Assembly: GCA_017475605.1 (NCBI GenBank)
Contig: JAFVFD010000002.1
Location: 1-32,000, forward strand
Length of the DNA: 32,000 nt
Source of the DNA: Alphaproteobacteria bacterium
GTDB taxonomy: Bacteria; Pseudomonadota; Alphaproteobacteria; Rs-D84
Direction: 5' to 3'
Below the pieces are notes generated by a model, which saw only the letters and a list, made by a program, of their open reading frames with translations, was not told the DNA's origin and ran no database searches. The position numbers and the translations under genes were made by a program. Of this stretch, positions 6,366-15,514 are shown piece after piece; the first letter of the stretch is position 1; each line of letters opens with the position of its first letter.

Positions 6366-6404
6366 AAACGAAAAACGCGCCATTGGCGCGTTTTTCGTTT
6401 TTTA
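6366..6404. terminator. Strong bidirectional terminator between the GIY-YIG gene and rne
   Basis: aaacgaaaaacgcgcc / att / ggcgcgtttttcgttt forms a 16-bp stem with a following T run. Confidence 0.8.
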
Positions 6405-6450
6405 CTAACTGCACCTGGCACCAACTGATAAATGTTAGTGCCAACAACCC

Positions 6451-8247
6451 TTAACCCACCAATTTTTGCCAAATTGTTTGTTTGCGTTTCGGTTGGGGTT
6501 TGCGTTTGCGACGCGGCGCATTCATTGTTGTTTTCTTGGCATCAACATGTTGCGCATTTTTCTTTTTCGCATCGGTTGATGGCGCATGCGCGTCCAACAA
6601 ATCGTCGGTTTTGTTCTGTTCCGGCGCAACGCGTTGAATTGAATACTGATCAATGTTCATCATGCTGTCGTCGCCGACAATAACGATTTCAGTTTCAAAT
6701 TCGCGTTCCATATCCGCCAGTTCTGCGCGCTTGTTATTAAGCAGGTAAATCGCCACATCGGTCGGAACCGTCATGATAATTTTTTGCGCCGATTTCGCCA
6801 ATAACTTTTCTTGCAAATGACGGAACATAATAATCGCCGCCGTCTGAATTGATGGCACCACGCCGGCACCCATACAATGAGGGCACGCGATATAGGACGA
6901 TTCAATGAAACTGCTGCGCAGGCGTTGACGCGACAACATCAACACACCAAACGCGTTGATTTTGGCAACCTGGGTGCGGGCGCGGTCGCGTTTCATAACT
7001 TCGCGCATTTTCATTTCCAGTTTGCGATTGTTGCGTTCTTCTTCCATATCGATAAAGTCAATCGCAACAATTCCCGCCAAATCACGCAGGCGCAACTGTA
7101 ATGCGATTTCTTCGGCCGCCTCTAAATTAGTGTTAAGTGCGGTCTGTTCGATATCTTTTTCCTTAATCGCGCGGGATGAATTAACGTCAATTGTAACCAT
7201 GGCTTCGGTTTGGTTAATAACAATCGAACCGCCCGATGGCAATATGACATAGGGGCCATGTAAACCTTCCAGTTGCTTTTCAACACCGGCCTTGACCATA
7301 ATAGGAACCGCTGGATCGCGATAGTTTACCAACTGTTTGCGTGGCGCGCGACCATACAATTGCTGGAAATAAGTTTTCGCGGCATCAAATGCTTCGTCGC
7401 CCTGGATAGTCAGGACATCTTCTTTGTCAGAAAGGAAGTCGCGTACCACACGACGCAACAGGGAATCTTCGGTATGAATTGTAACCGGTGCGACCGATTC
7501 CAATGTGGTCTTGCGAATTTCGTTCCACAAATTCACCAGGTAATCGTAATCGGCGGCAATATCTTCGGGTTTAGCATCCATGGCGGCGGTACGCAAAACA
7601 ACCGTCATGCCCTTGGGTATCTTTAAACCATGTAATATTTCACGCAGGCGCGCGCGTTCCGATTTATCGGAAATCTTTTTGGAAATACCATAACTGTTGC
7701 GTTTGCGCGAATTCGGCATCAACACCGCAAAACGACCAGCCAACGACAGATAGGTTGTCATGGACGCGCCTTTCTGGCCACGTTCTTCCTTGACCCCCTG
7801 GACCAGCAAGATTTGTTTTGGCTTTATAACGTCCTGAATCTTGAATTCGTGAACGCGTTTTGTAAATTCTTTGTTATCTTCGCCGGCACTGTGATCGTCG
7901 TATTCGGCAACCTCGTCATTTTCGTCGTCGGGGTCGTCGTCGTCATCTACGATGTTGGCATGTGCCAATTCAATCAATTTCTTTTTCTGTTCAGGGGTTA
8001 TTTGGTAATAATCTGGGTGTATTTCAGAAAACGGCAAAAATCCGTTCTTGCCAGTGCCGTAATCAACAAATGCCGCCTGAAGCGATGGTTCGACGCGAAT
8101 AACCTTGGCCAGATAAATGTTCCCTTTTATCTGGGGCTTAGTAGTTGTTTCAACGTCAAAATCAGAAACCCGGTTCGTCGCCGTATCCACGACAACAACA
8201 CGTGTTTCCTCCGGGTGGACTGCATCCACATATATTCTTTTTGACAT
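6451..8247 (-). CDS. rne: Ribonuclease E/G family endoribonuclease
   Basis: N-terminus MSKRIYVDAVHPEETRVVVVD...GNIYLAKVIRVEPSLQAAFVDYG (S1 domain), followed by the catalytic core. It has an acidic insertion (DDDDDPDDENDE) and a short basic C-terminal tail. Confidence 0.85.
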   Translation of the reverse strand: MSKRIYVDAVHPEETRVVVVDTATNRVSDFDVETTTKPQIKGNIYLAKVIRVEPSLQAAFVDYGTGKNGFLPFSEIHPDYYQITPEQKKKLIELAHANIVDDDDDPDDENDEVAEYDDHSAGEDNKEFTKRVHEFKIQDVIKPKQILLVQGVKEERGQKGASMTTYLSLAGRFAVLMPNSRKRNSYGISKKISDKSERARLREILHGLKIPKGMTVVLRTAAMDAKPEDIAADYDYLVNLWNEIRKTTLESVAPVTIHTEDSLLRRVVRDFLSDKEDVLTIQGDEAFDAAKTYFQQLYGRAPRKQLVNYRDPAVPIMVKAGVEKQLEGLHGPYVILPSGGSIVINQTEAMVTIDVNSSRAIKEKDIEQTALNTNLEAAEEIALQLRLRDLAGIVAIDFIDMEEERNNRKLEMKMREVMKRDRARTQVAKINAFGVLMLSRQRLRSSFIESSYIACPHCMGAGVVPSIQTAAIIMFRHLQEKLLAKSAQKIIMTVPTDVAIYLLNNKRAELADMEREFETEIVIVGDDSMMNIDQYSIQRVAPEQNKTDDLLDAHAPSTDAKKKNAQHVDAKKTTMNAPRRKRKPQPKRKQTIWQKLVG

Positions 8248-8463
8248 TTTGTAATCCTTTTATTTTGGGGTCGTATGCCACGAGAATCCGTCCCCATGGG
8301 GCGTCCAAGCCCATGCCAAGGGATTGCGCCACGATAATCATCAGCGTCATTCGGATTTCAGAAAATAGTGATAACAAAAACATTTGCCATTACCCTATAT
8401 CATCATACGACGGTTTTTAGGTTAGCACGTCGAATATCATATTGGCAAGTAATTTTAATATGA

Positions 8464-9513
8464 TTATTTTTCGGGGGCGGAATCTGGCTTCTTGCGCTTT
8501 GAAATATGGGGCAATTTTTGCTTTACATGTTCGGCATGTTCGCGAACCTCGGCCGCCCATTTTTTCATGCGCGCACGCAGCCACCGTTCATAGATAAAGA
8601 ACAAACTGCCGACACCAACAAGTGGCAACACATAATAGATTATGCGGTATGTTAACAAGGCACCGAATATTGCCGCCTTGTCCACACTGTCGGGCAGGGC
8701 AATAAGGAATATACTTTCAAATACGCCGATGCCACCTGGGACCTGGCTAAATACGCCGGTGTTTTGGGCAACAATGAACAGGCCAATATATGTGCCAAAC
8801 GGAATATCCCAAAACGGTCGGATACACGAATACAGCACCAATCCCGCCAACATACCGTCAACGATGCCCAGCAGCATCTGTAATAATGCCATTTTGGTCG
8901 TGGGTACATCAAATCGCAACTGCCCGATTTTTATGCTTTTCTTGTGGAAAATGATTGTTGCGGCAAAATATGCCAAAATAGCAACCAGGCACCCCGTAAA
9001 CAATGCGTTTACCCCAACCGTCGCACCAACCGATTGTTCAAAAAAGTCCGCTGGAATAAGGAAATAGCCAATAACAACAATCGCCGCACACCCCAGTGTA
9101 TAGGTTATTCCTGAAATAGTAAGCATTTTAACAATGTCGCCACCACGAATGCGCCAACGGGTATAAAGGCGATACCGAATCGCGCCCCCACTTACCACCG
9201 CGTGGCCGGCATTATTACTTATTGCGAACCCCAGCATCCCCGCCAGCATCCATTTCCACCAAACAACCTTTTGATGTTCGCCAACATAGTGCAGGGCCAA
9301 AAAATCATACAGCGACAGCGCAAAATACCCCATCAGGCATGCCACACATGCCATAAACAAATTCGGTAATGGGATGTTAAGCATTGTATGGATAATATCA
9401 TAAAAACTGTAATTACGCAGTTGCCACCACAGCATTCCCGCCGCCAAAACAAAGAAGAAAAGCCCGGCATAACTGACCAGTTTTTTAAATAAACGTTTAA
9501 CTTTTACTGACAT
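8464..9513 (-). CDS. Polytopic membrane protein, lysylphosphatidylglycerol-synthase-TM/UPF0104 (YbhN-like) family
   Basis: About 8 predicted TM helices, with the motif AISNNAGHAVVSGGAIRYRLY typical of this family as I recall it. Not searchable here. Confidence 0.5.
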   Translation of the reverse strand: MSVKVKRLFKKLVSYAGLFFFVLAAGMLWWQLRNYSFYDIIHTMLNIPLPNLFMACVACLMGYFALSLYDFLALHYVGEHQKVVWWKWMLAGMLGFAISNNAGHAVVSGGAIRYRLYTRWRIRGGDIVKMLTISGITYTLGCAAIVVIGYFLIPADFFEQSVGATVGVNALFTGCLVAILAYFAATIIFHKKSIKIGQLRFDVPTTKMALLQMLLGIVDGMLAGLVLYSCIRPFWDIPFGTYIGLFIVAQNTGVFSQVPGGIGVFESIFLIALPDSVDKAAIFGALLTYRIIYYVLPLVGVGSLFFIYERWLRARMKKWAAEVREHAEHVKQKLPHISKRKKPDSAPEK

Positions 9514-9634
9514 AATATTCCTTTGACAGAACTTTCAGGGTAGCAATAATAAAAGAAAAAGCAAACTGAAAAAAATTGCAATTCGATATCACGCATATAT
9601 AATAACGAATAACATAATGATAAAAGGAATAAAA

Positions 9635-10351
9635 ATGATGCGTCCTTCTATGCGAAAAACCGACCAAATGCGACCAGTGTCCATGGAAACAGGTGTGAAT
9701 AAATGGGCCGAAGGGTCGTGCCTTATCAAAGTTGGCGGAACAACTGTGTTATGTACCGCATCGGTCGATTTGAACCAACCATTATGGAAAAGATTACAGA
9801 ACAAGTCGGGTGGCTGGGTAACGGCGGAATATTCCATGTTGCCCCGCGCCAACGGTACGCGCAAAACCCGCGATGCGTTATCACACGACAATCGTAATGC
9901 GGAAATATCGCGCCTGGTGGGGCGGTCGCTGCGCAGCGTGGTTGATATGGAACGCCTGGGGCGGCACACAATAACGATTGATTGCGATGTTATCCAGGCG
10001 GACGGTGGTACGCGCTGTGCCGCGATAACAGGTGGTTTTGTGGCGATAAGCCTGGCGGTGCGCTGGTTGATGGAAAATGGACGCATAAATGAAAACCCAA
10101 TTCGGGACTATGTTGCGGCGGTAAGTGCGGGCCTGTGGCAAAATGAATTAATACTAGATTTAGAATATACCGAAGATTGCGCCGCCGAAATGGACGCGAA
10201 CTTTGTTATGGCGGAATCTGGCAATTTTGTAGAAATCCAGGCGACCGGTGAATCACACCCATTTAATCGTGAACAATTGGGCGCATTAATGGATATGGCG
10301 ACAATGGGTTGTAAGAAATTGATTGAATTACAGCACCAGGTTCTTGATTAA
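9635..10351 (+). CDS. rph: Ribonuclease PH
   Basis: MMRPSMRKTDQMRPVS...AEGSCLIKVGGTTVLCTASV...TAEYSMLPRA...IDCDVIQADGGTRCAAITG. Start chosen at the ATG at 9635, after the aagga RBS (the track ORF starts at 9617). Confidence 0.9.
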   Translation: MMRPSMRKTDQMRPVSMETGVNKWAEGSCLIKVGGTTVLCTASVDLNQPLWKRLQNKSGGWVTAEYSMLPRANGTRKTRDALSHDNRNAEISRLVGRSLRSVVDMERLGRHTITIDCDVIQADGGTRCAAITGGFVAISLAVRWLMENGRINENPIRDYVAAVSAGLWQNELILDLEYTEDCAAEMDANFVMAESGNFVEIQATGESHPFNREQLGALMDMATMGCKKLIELQHQVLD

Positions 10352-10385
10352 TCGATTTTTCTTGGTGGTTTTGTTGTGTGATTTG

Positions 10386-10419
10386 AATCCCCCTTTATCT
10401 GATTAAAGGGGGATTTTTT
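10386..10419 (+). terminator. rph terminator
   Basis: aatcccccttt / atctgatt / aaagggggatt forms an 11-bp stem, followed by ttttt. Confidence 0.8.
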
Positions 10420-10588
10420 GTCATTGCGATGGGGGCCACAGGACGACCGCGGCAATCTAACGGGTTTGTGGATTGCTTCGCAGGCTCGCAATGACAATAA
10501 CACTACTTTGTCATTGCGAGGGAGTCCGCAGGATGACCGTGGCAATCTAACGGGTTTGTGGATTGCTTCGCATACGCTCGCAATGACA
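10419..10588. repeat. Two tandem full copies (78 and 80 bp) of the tgtcattgcga...tcgcaatgaca palindromic element
   Basis: Copies at 10419-10496 and 10509-10588, separated by 12 bp. Both contain ggcaatctaacgggtttgtggattgcttcgc. Confidence 0.85.
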
Positions 10589-10840
10589 ATGACGACACCC
10601 CCAAAAAACAAAAAATTAAAAAACAAAAAATCGGCGAATTATACCGTAAATACAATGTGTTGTGCGAAATAAAAGTTGCCGAATTTAAACGGTGGTTTAA
10701 AATCAGCCACTTAATTACCTCCATTTTATTCGGTTTTCCTGGGCTTTGTCAACGGCAAAAATGGCCGAATCAAAACCACCGTTTTGAACCGGCCACCGCA
10801 TGAATACTGGGCTTGTGAACAAAAGGAAAGGGGGATATTT

Positions 10841-11848
10841 ATGAGTTTAAGAATGTTGCAGTTTGTGGCATGTGTGTTTTGGTGTGGAATAATGTTTGTA
10901 AATACTGGATGCGCAGTAACCTATACTAGTGCTACAACAAAGTGCGTTAAAGGATCTTCGGGGACGGGAACATGTTATCGGTGTGCCGGCATGACATATA
11001 GTAATACTGGTGATTGTACCGCCGAAATTGATCAGGCCGGTGGTTGTACAAATACGACCGTGCAAACAAAATCTACGGGGACTGTATTAACAGGGTACAT
11101 CGGTAGTCGTTCCTATTTGTATTTTTGTGCCAGTGATGGCTGGCATCGTTGTAATGGCAGTACGGGCACAGGTTGGGTTGATTTAGCAGATTTGGGTTCA
11201 ACAGTGGCTGAGATAGAATCATATGGTGCCTGGTCCAATGCATGCCATGTAACCTTTAGCCAACAAAACTATGGCGGTAATGCGGGTGCAAAATATAAAT
11301 ACAGATGCCGAGCAAACACTTATCCTGTTGCGCGTTCTGGTTACAGCAACAGCGACCTGGATTCAACAGACGGTTCCTGGCTGCAATCACAAAACGCAAC
11401 CTCGTTATCAATAGGTGGGGTTGGTAATGTACCAAATTACACATGTACATCATGTCCGGCTAATTCGACCAGTGATGCGGGGGCCGTTCTTATTGATGAT
11501 TGTAAATGCGATTCTGGTTATTATAAATCAGGTTCTGCATGTGCGGCATGTCCAAGTGGTACATATTTAGATTATGTTTGGTCCGGCAACGAAAGTAGCG
11601 GTTGTGTTGGGAAAAACTTTGGTCCGGAAACACTTGGCGCAGAACCGGTGTCAGATACAGGTTCTACCAGTATAACTTCTTGTTACATACGTTCTACTGA
11701 TTGGATTTCATATCGTGCATCGATGATAACTGGTTCTTTGTCATCAATTTATTATGAAGACGATAAGGGTCGGTTTACCACATCTTCGGATTGTTATTAC
11801 AGCACCAGTGCCGCGAATACATATTCAAATGTATGTCCAGCAAACTAG
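10841..11848 (+). CDS. Secreted Cys-rich protein, paralog of the next gene and related in motif style to the DGR target
   Basis: ATG at 10841 after the aaaggaaaggggg RBS. Signal peptide MSLRMLQFVACVFWCGIMFVNTGCA. Motifs: CYRCAG, YTCTSCPANSTS, CKCDSGYYKSGSACAACPSGTY and C-terminal SSDCYY. Confidence 0.8.
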   Translation: MSLRMLQFVACVFWCGIMFVNTGCAVTYTSATTKCVKGSSGTGTCYRCAGMTYSNTGDCTAEIDQAGGCTNTTVQTKSTGTVLTGYIGSRSYLYFCASDGWHRCNGSTGTGWVDLADLGSTVAEIESYGAWSNACHVTFSQQNYGGNAGAKYKYRCRANTYPVARSGYSNSDLDSTDGSWLQSQNATSLSIGGVGNVPNYTCTSCPANSTSDAGAVLIDDCKCDSGYYKSGSACAACPSGTYLDYVWSGNESSGCVGKNFGPETLGAEPVSDTGSTSITSCYIRSTDWISYRASMITGSLSSIYYEDDKGRFTTSSDCYYSTSAANTYSNVCPAN

Positions 11849-11871
11849 AAAGATAAATAGATGGGGGTAAT

Positions 11872-12831
11872 GTGAAAAATTTGAAATTAATATTTGCTTT
11901 AATCGCGCTGGGTATTATGTATGCACCATGTGCAGCAGATGCAGTAGGTACCGCATATCATAGTGGATACCCAATCTGTTTAGTAGATGATAACAATGTT
12001 TGTTGGCGGTGCGCTGGCACACCGGACCCAACAAATAACTGTACCGGGGGTTTCAATGGTGCCAGTTGCACTAACAGTACATCGGGTGTAAAACCCATTG
12101 GAACGGTATATTACAAGACTGGGGGCAGGTTTGAATGTACCAGTTCCGGATGGCAAGAAATAAACACAGAAATAGAAGAAGAGTGTGATGAAAAAGAAAC
12201 ATACCTTTGGACCCCCGCAACGGCCCTTGGAACAGAGCATTCCCCAGGTGCCCTGGTAAATGTTGCCTGTGCCGATTGTGACTGTAACGGATATAATGTA
12301 TCTGCATCACACAGTCCAGGATATGTCCATTATCAAGAAGTAGAGGTCGCGTGTTTGCCGGGATGGTATAACCCACGAATTGGTGGTGGGTTATCACAAG
12401 GGATTTACCTTTGTGATGAATGTCCAAAAGGGGCAATATGCCCAGGTGGTTATGAACCACCGGTTTGCGGGCCTGGCGAATGTGGCGATCCGCTGACCGC
12501 TGAATGCACCCAATGCCCGAATACATCAATTTACAGCAACAGCAGTTTAACATCGTTTGCATCGGTTTTTGTTTCATGGCCGGGCAGTTCCAATCCTAAT
12601 AAATTCCTTTTGCGGAACCCCCTTAGTTCGCATGATGGCTTGGATATGGTATCTCTGCGGGTTGCTGTAGATATGGGATTGCTTGTGGTTAGTTCTGATA
12701 ATGATGCGTTTGTAACAACAAAATCTATTGCAGGTGGGACAACCGTTGATTCGTGTTATATAAAAGGTGAAACAATCTATTATGATGCGTCTGGGGCATT
12801 TAAATTTTCATCTGATTGTTACTATAAATAA
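11872..12831 (+). CDS. Secreted Cys-rich protein, tandem paralog
   Basis: GTG start after the ggggg RBS. Signal peptide MKNLKLIFALIALGIMYAPCAADA. It shares CWRCAG...C(T/A)S(S/D)GW and C-terminal ...SSDCYYK with the preceding gene. Confidence 0.8.
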   Translation: MKNLKLIFALIALGIMYAPCAADAVGTAYHSGYPICLVDDNNVCWRCAGTPDPTNNCTGGFNGASCTNSTSGVKPIGTVYYKTGGRFECTSSGWQEINTEIEEECDEKETYLWTPATALGTEHSPGALVNVACADCDCNGYNVSASHSPGYVHYQEVEVACLPGWYNPRIGGGLSQGIYLCDECPKGAICPGGYEPPVCGPGECGDPLTAECTQCPNTSIYSNSSLTSFASVFVSWPGSSNPNKFLLRNPLSSHDGLDMVSLRVAVDMGLLVVSSDNDAFVTTKSIAGGTTVDSCYIKGETIYYDASGAFKFSSDCYYK

Positions 12832-12862
12832 AAAACACCGCCCAAACGGGCGGTGTGTTTTT
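12831..12862. terminator. Bidirectional terminator (Cys-rich gene / groEL)
   Basis: acaccgccc / aaac / gggcggtgt, flanked by an A run and a T run. Confidence 0.75.
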
Positions 12863-12876
12863 ATGTCTTTAATGTT

Positions 12877-14493
12877 TTACATCATACCAGGCATACCGGC
12901 CGGCATTTGTGATGCGGGCTTTTCTTCTGGTATTTCAGCCATCACCGCCCCGGTGGTAAGCATTACGCCCGCCGTTGACGATGCCGCCATAATTGCGGTT
13001 TTAACGACTTTTGCCGGATCAATAATGCCAGATTTCATCATATCGACATATTCGCCGGTCTGGGCATTGTATCCAAAGTTATAGTCGGCGTTTTCCATAA
13101 CCTTGCCAACAACGATTTCGCCCGATACCCCGGCATTGTCGGCAATTTGCGCAATTGGCGCAGTAAGGGCCCGGCGCACAATATCAATACCAACATTTTG
13201 ATCGGTATTTGCACCAGACAATTTTTCCAATGCCGCCGTCGCACGCAACAGGGCGATTCCACCGCCCGCCACAATGCCATCGGCAACCGCGGCGCGTGTT
13301 GCCGCCAATGCGTCGTCAACGCGGTCTTTCTTTTCTTTAACCTCAACCTCGGTCATGCCACCAACCTTGATAACGGCGACCCCACCGACCAATTTAGCCA
13401 ATCTTTCAGACAATTTTTCGCGTTCATAATCACTTGTTGTGTTCGAAAGAGCAACGCGAATTTCGTCGGCGCGTGCGGCAATCTGTTCCGGGTTGCCCCC
13501 GCCATGCGCCAACAATGTGTGGTCTTTGCTGACTATGACACGTTTGGCAGATCCCAACACATCCATTGTAATATTTTCAAATGTCATACCCATATCATCG
13601 GATATAACTGTTGCGCCGGTAACTGTCGCGATATCTTTTAACATCTCTTTGCGGCGATCGCCAAAGCCAGGGGCCTTGACCGCGCAAACCTTTAACCCGC
13701 CACGCAGACGGTTCAATACCAATGTTGCCAATGCTTCGGATTCGACATCTTCTGCAATAATCAACAATGGACGGCCCGATTGTGCGATTGGTTCCAAAAT
13801 TGGCAACAATGCCTGTAAACCTGTAATTTTCTTTTCAGAAACCAAGATTTGTGCGTTGTCCAATTCCGCCAACATCTTTTCGCTGTTTGTAACGAAATAT
13901 GGCGACATAAAGCCCTGATCGAATTGCATACCTTCGACAACATCGATTTCTGTTTCCAGACCCTTGGCTTCTTCTACGGTGATAACACCTTCGCGGCCAA
14001 CGCGTTCCATCGCATCAGCAATTTTTTTACCAATATCGGCATCGGAATTAGCAGAAATTGTCGCAACCTGGGCAATTTCAGATGAATCTTTGACCGGACG
14101 GGCATGTTTATCAATATCCGCAACGACCGCCTCAACCGCCATGTCAATTCCGCGTTTTACATCCATTGGATTCATGCCAGCGGCGATAACGCGGCGACCT
14201 TCGTGAATTAACTTCTGTGCCAATACTGTTGCGGTTGTTGTGCCGTCCCCGGCATCATCGCCGGCTTTTTTAGCAACTTCCTGGACCATGCGGGCACCAA
14301 TGTTTTCCATTGGGTCTTTTAACGACACCGCCTTGGCGACTGTAACGCCGTCCTTGGTCGCAACAGGTGCGCCATATGATTTTTCAATGATAACTGTGCG
14401 GCCCTTGGGTCCCATAGTGATTTTAACTGCGTTGGCTAATTTATCAACGCCTGCTGATAATTTATCTGTATCAAATACAATATCTTTTGCCAT
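12877..14493 (-). CDS. groEL: Chaperonin GroEL
   Basis: MAKDIVFD...[12 protein letters not shown]...[11 protein letters not shown]...C-terminal MPGMM. Confidence 0.98.
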   Translation of the reverse strand: MAKDIVFDTDKLSAGVDKLANAVKITMGPKGRTVIIEKSYGAPVATKDGVTVAKAVSLKDPMENIGARMVQEVAKKAGDDAGDGTTTATVLAQKLIHEGRRVIAAGMNPMDVKRGIDMAVEAVVADIDKHARPVKDSSEIAQVATISANSDADIGKKIADAMERVGREGVITVEEAKGLETEIDVVEGMQFDQGFMSPYFVTNSEKMLAELDNAQILVSEKKITGLQALLPILEPIAQSGRPLLIIAEDVESEALATLVLNRLRGGLKVCAVKAPGFGDRRKEMLKDIATVTGATVISDDMGMTFENITMDVLGSAKRVIVSKDHTLLAHGGGNPEQIAARADEIRVALSNTTSDYEREKLSERLAKLVGGVAVIKVGGMTEVEVKEKKDRVDDALAATRAAVADGIVAGGGIALLRATAALEKLSGANTDQNVGIDIVRRALTAPIAQIADNAGVSGEIVVGKVMENADYNFGYNAQTGEYVDMMKSGIIDPAKVVKTAIMAASSTAGVMLTTGAVMAEIPEEKPASQMPAGMPGMM

Positions 14494-14509
14494 AGTTTAT
14501 TCCCCCAAT

Positions 14510-14797
14510 TTATTTCAAAATACCCAAAATGTCAGATTCGCGTATTAAAACATAGTCGGTACCATCAATTTTGACTTCGTTTGCGCTTGATGCCCATTTA
14601 GCAAATAATACGGTATCGCCCACTGCGACAGTCATTGGTACGCGTGCACCGTTTTGAATTTCGCCATCGCCCACCGCGATAACGACACCACGAGACGGCT
14701 TTTCCCGCGCCGTATCTGGAATAATGATGCCACCGGCTGTTTTGGTTTCTTCTTCGATTCTTTGTAATAAAACATAGTTATTTAATGGTTTAAACAT
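14510..14797 (-). CDS. groES: Co-chaperonin GroES
   Basis: MFKPLNNYVLLQRIEEETKTAGGIIIPDTAREKPSRGVVIAVG is 95 aa and is preceded by an aaggggg RBS. The 5' extension of the track ORF to 14881 is not supported. Confidence 0.95.
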   Translation of the reverse strand: MFKPLNNYVLLQRIEEETKTAGGIIIPDTAREKPSRGVVIAVGDGEIQNGARVPMTVAVGDTVLFAKWASSANEVKIDGTDYVLIRESDILGILK

Positions 14798-14832
14798 ATT
14801 CTTAACCCCCTTGTATACCAATGTTATTCCAA

Positions 14833-14860
14833 ATATAGTGCGTAAAAACGCGATTTCAAG
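14833..14860 (-). promoter_or_regulatory. RpoH (sigma32)-type heat-shock promoter candidate for groESL
   Basis: The minus strand reads CTTG-N17-aCTATAT, against the alphaproteobacterial consensus CTTG-N17-CYTATNT as I recall it (6/7 in the -10 box). It lies about 35 nt upstream of the groES ATG. Confidence 0.4.
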
Positions 14861-14916
14861 GCTTGATTTTATTCGTATCATACAATAATATGTATTAGTT
14901 AAAAATGGGGGAAATT

Positions 14917-15273
14917 ATGTACGATAAAAATAATGTTTTTGCGAAAATTATTCGTGGTGAAATACCATCAAAACGTATTTATGAAAATGCCTATGCGCTG
15001 TCTTTCTATGATATAGACCCGGCGGCAACAATACACGCGCTGGTCATTCCGCGCGGGGAATATGAAAATATGCTAGATTTTTCGGCGAACGCATCGGATG
15101 ATGAAAAATTAGGCTTTTTTGATTGCTTGAATCAAACGGCGGCAAAATTGGGTGTGTCCGATTGTAATATCTTTGCCAACACTGGAAATGGTGTCTATAT
15201 TCGTCAAAGTGTGCCACATTTTCATATGCACATTGTTGCGGGCGAAAAAATCAAGGAAATAACGACACTGTAA
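14917..15273 (+). CDS. HIT-family (histidine triad) nucleotide hydrolase
   Basis: VFAKIIRGEIPS...HALVIPRG...VPHFHMHIV (HxHxHxx motif). The ATG at 14917 follows a ggggg RBS; the alternative start is 14905. Confidence 0.85.
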   Translation: MYDKNNVFAKIIRGEIPSKRIYENAYALSFYDIDPAATIHALVIPRGEYENMLDFSANASDDEKLGFFDCLNQTAAKLGVSDCNIFANTGNGVYIRQSVPHFHMHIVAGEKIKEITTL

Positions 15274-15491
15274 TGATTATAAATGTTCGTGTTATTCCAC
15301 GCGCCCGCGTTCAAAAAATAGTTGCCGATGGCGACACCCTGCGCGTTTATACCAACGCGGCACCGTCCGATGGGGCGGCAAATGCCGCGGTGATAAAGAT
15401 GCTGGCTAAACATATGGGGGTTCCAAAGTCAACAATTACCATTATTCGCGGGGCAACATCACACGATAAAGTAATTGAAATCAATAAATAA
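15273..15491 (+). CDS. DUF167/YggU-family protein
   Basis: VIPRARVQKI...APSDGAANAAVIKMLAKHMGVPKSTITIIRGATSHDKVIEI. The start overlaps the HIT stop codon (TAATG). Confidence 0.75.
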   Translation: MIINVRVIPRARVQKIVADGDTLRVYTNAAPSDGAANAAVIKMLAKHMGVPKSTITIIRGATSHDKVIEINK

Positions 15492-15514
15492 ACCGCCGTT
15501 TTGGCGGTTTTTTA
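15491..15514. terminator. Bidirectional terminator
   Basis: aaccgcc / gtttt / ggcggtt followed by ttttt. Confidence 0.7.

Noticed and set aside
10419-10588. Possible mini-CRISPR, because two ~79-bp repeats are separated by a short spacer.
   Set aside because: There are only two copies, with a 12-bp gap. The repeats are long full-length palindromes also found singly elsewhere, and no cas genes are present. This is a MITE/REP-like element, not a CRISPR array.
10841-12831. Whether the two Cys-rich paralogs are additional DGR targets.
   Set aside because: I found no stretch matching the TR or its A-free 3' 30-mer (ttccggtccggcgtgttttcggccgtcggc) at their 3' ends or anywhere else in the window.
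14798-14881. N-terminal 28-aa extension of GroES in the track ORF (start at 14881).
   Set aside because: The conserved GroES sequence begins at MFKPLNN (14797), which has a strong aaggggg RBS. The extension would overlap the predicted promoter.
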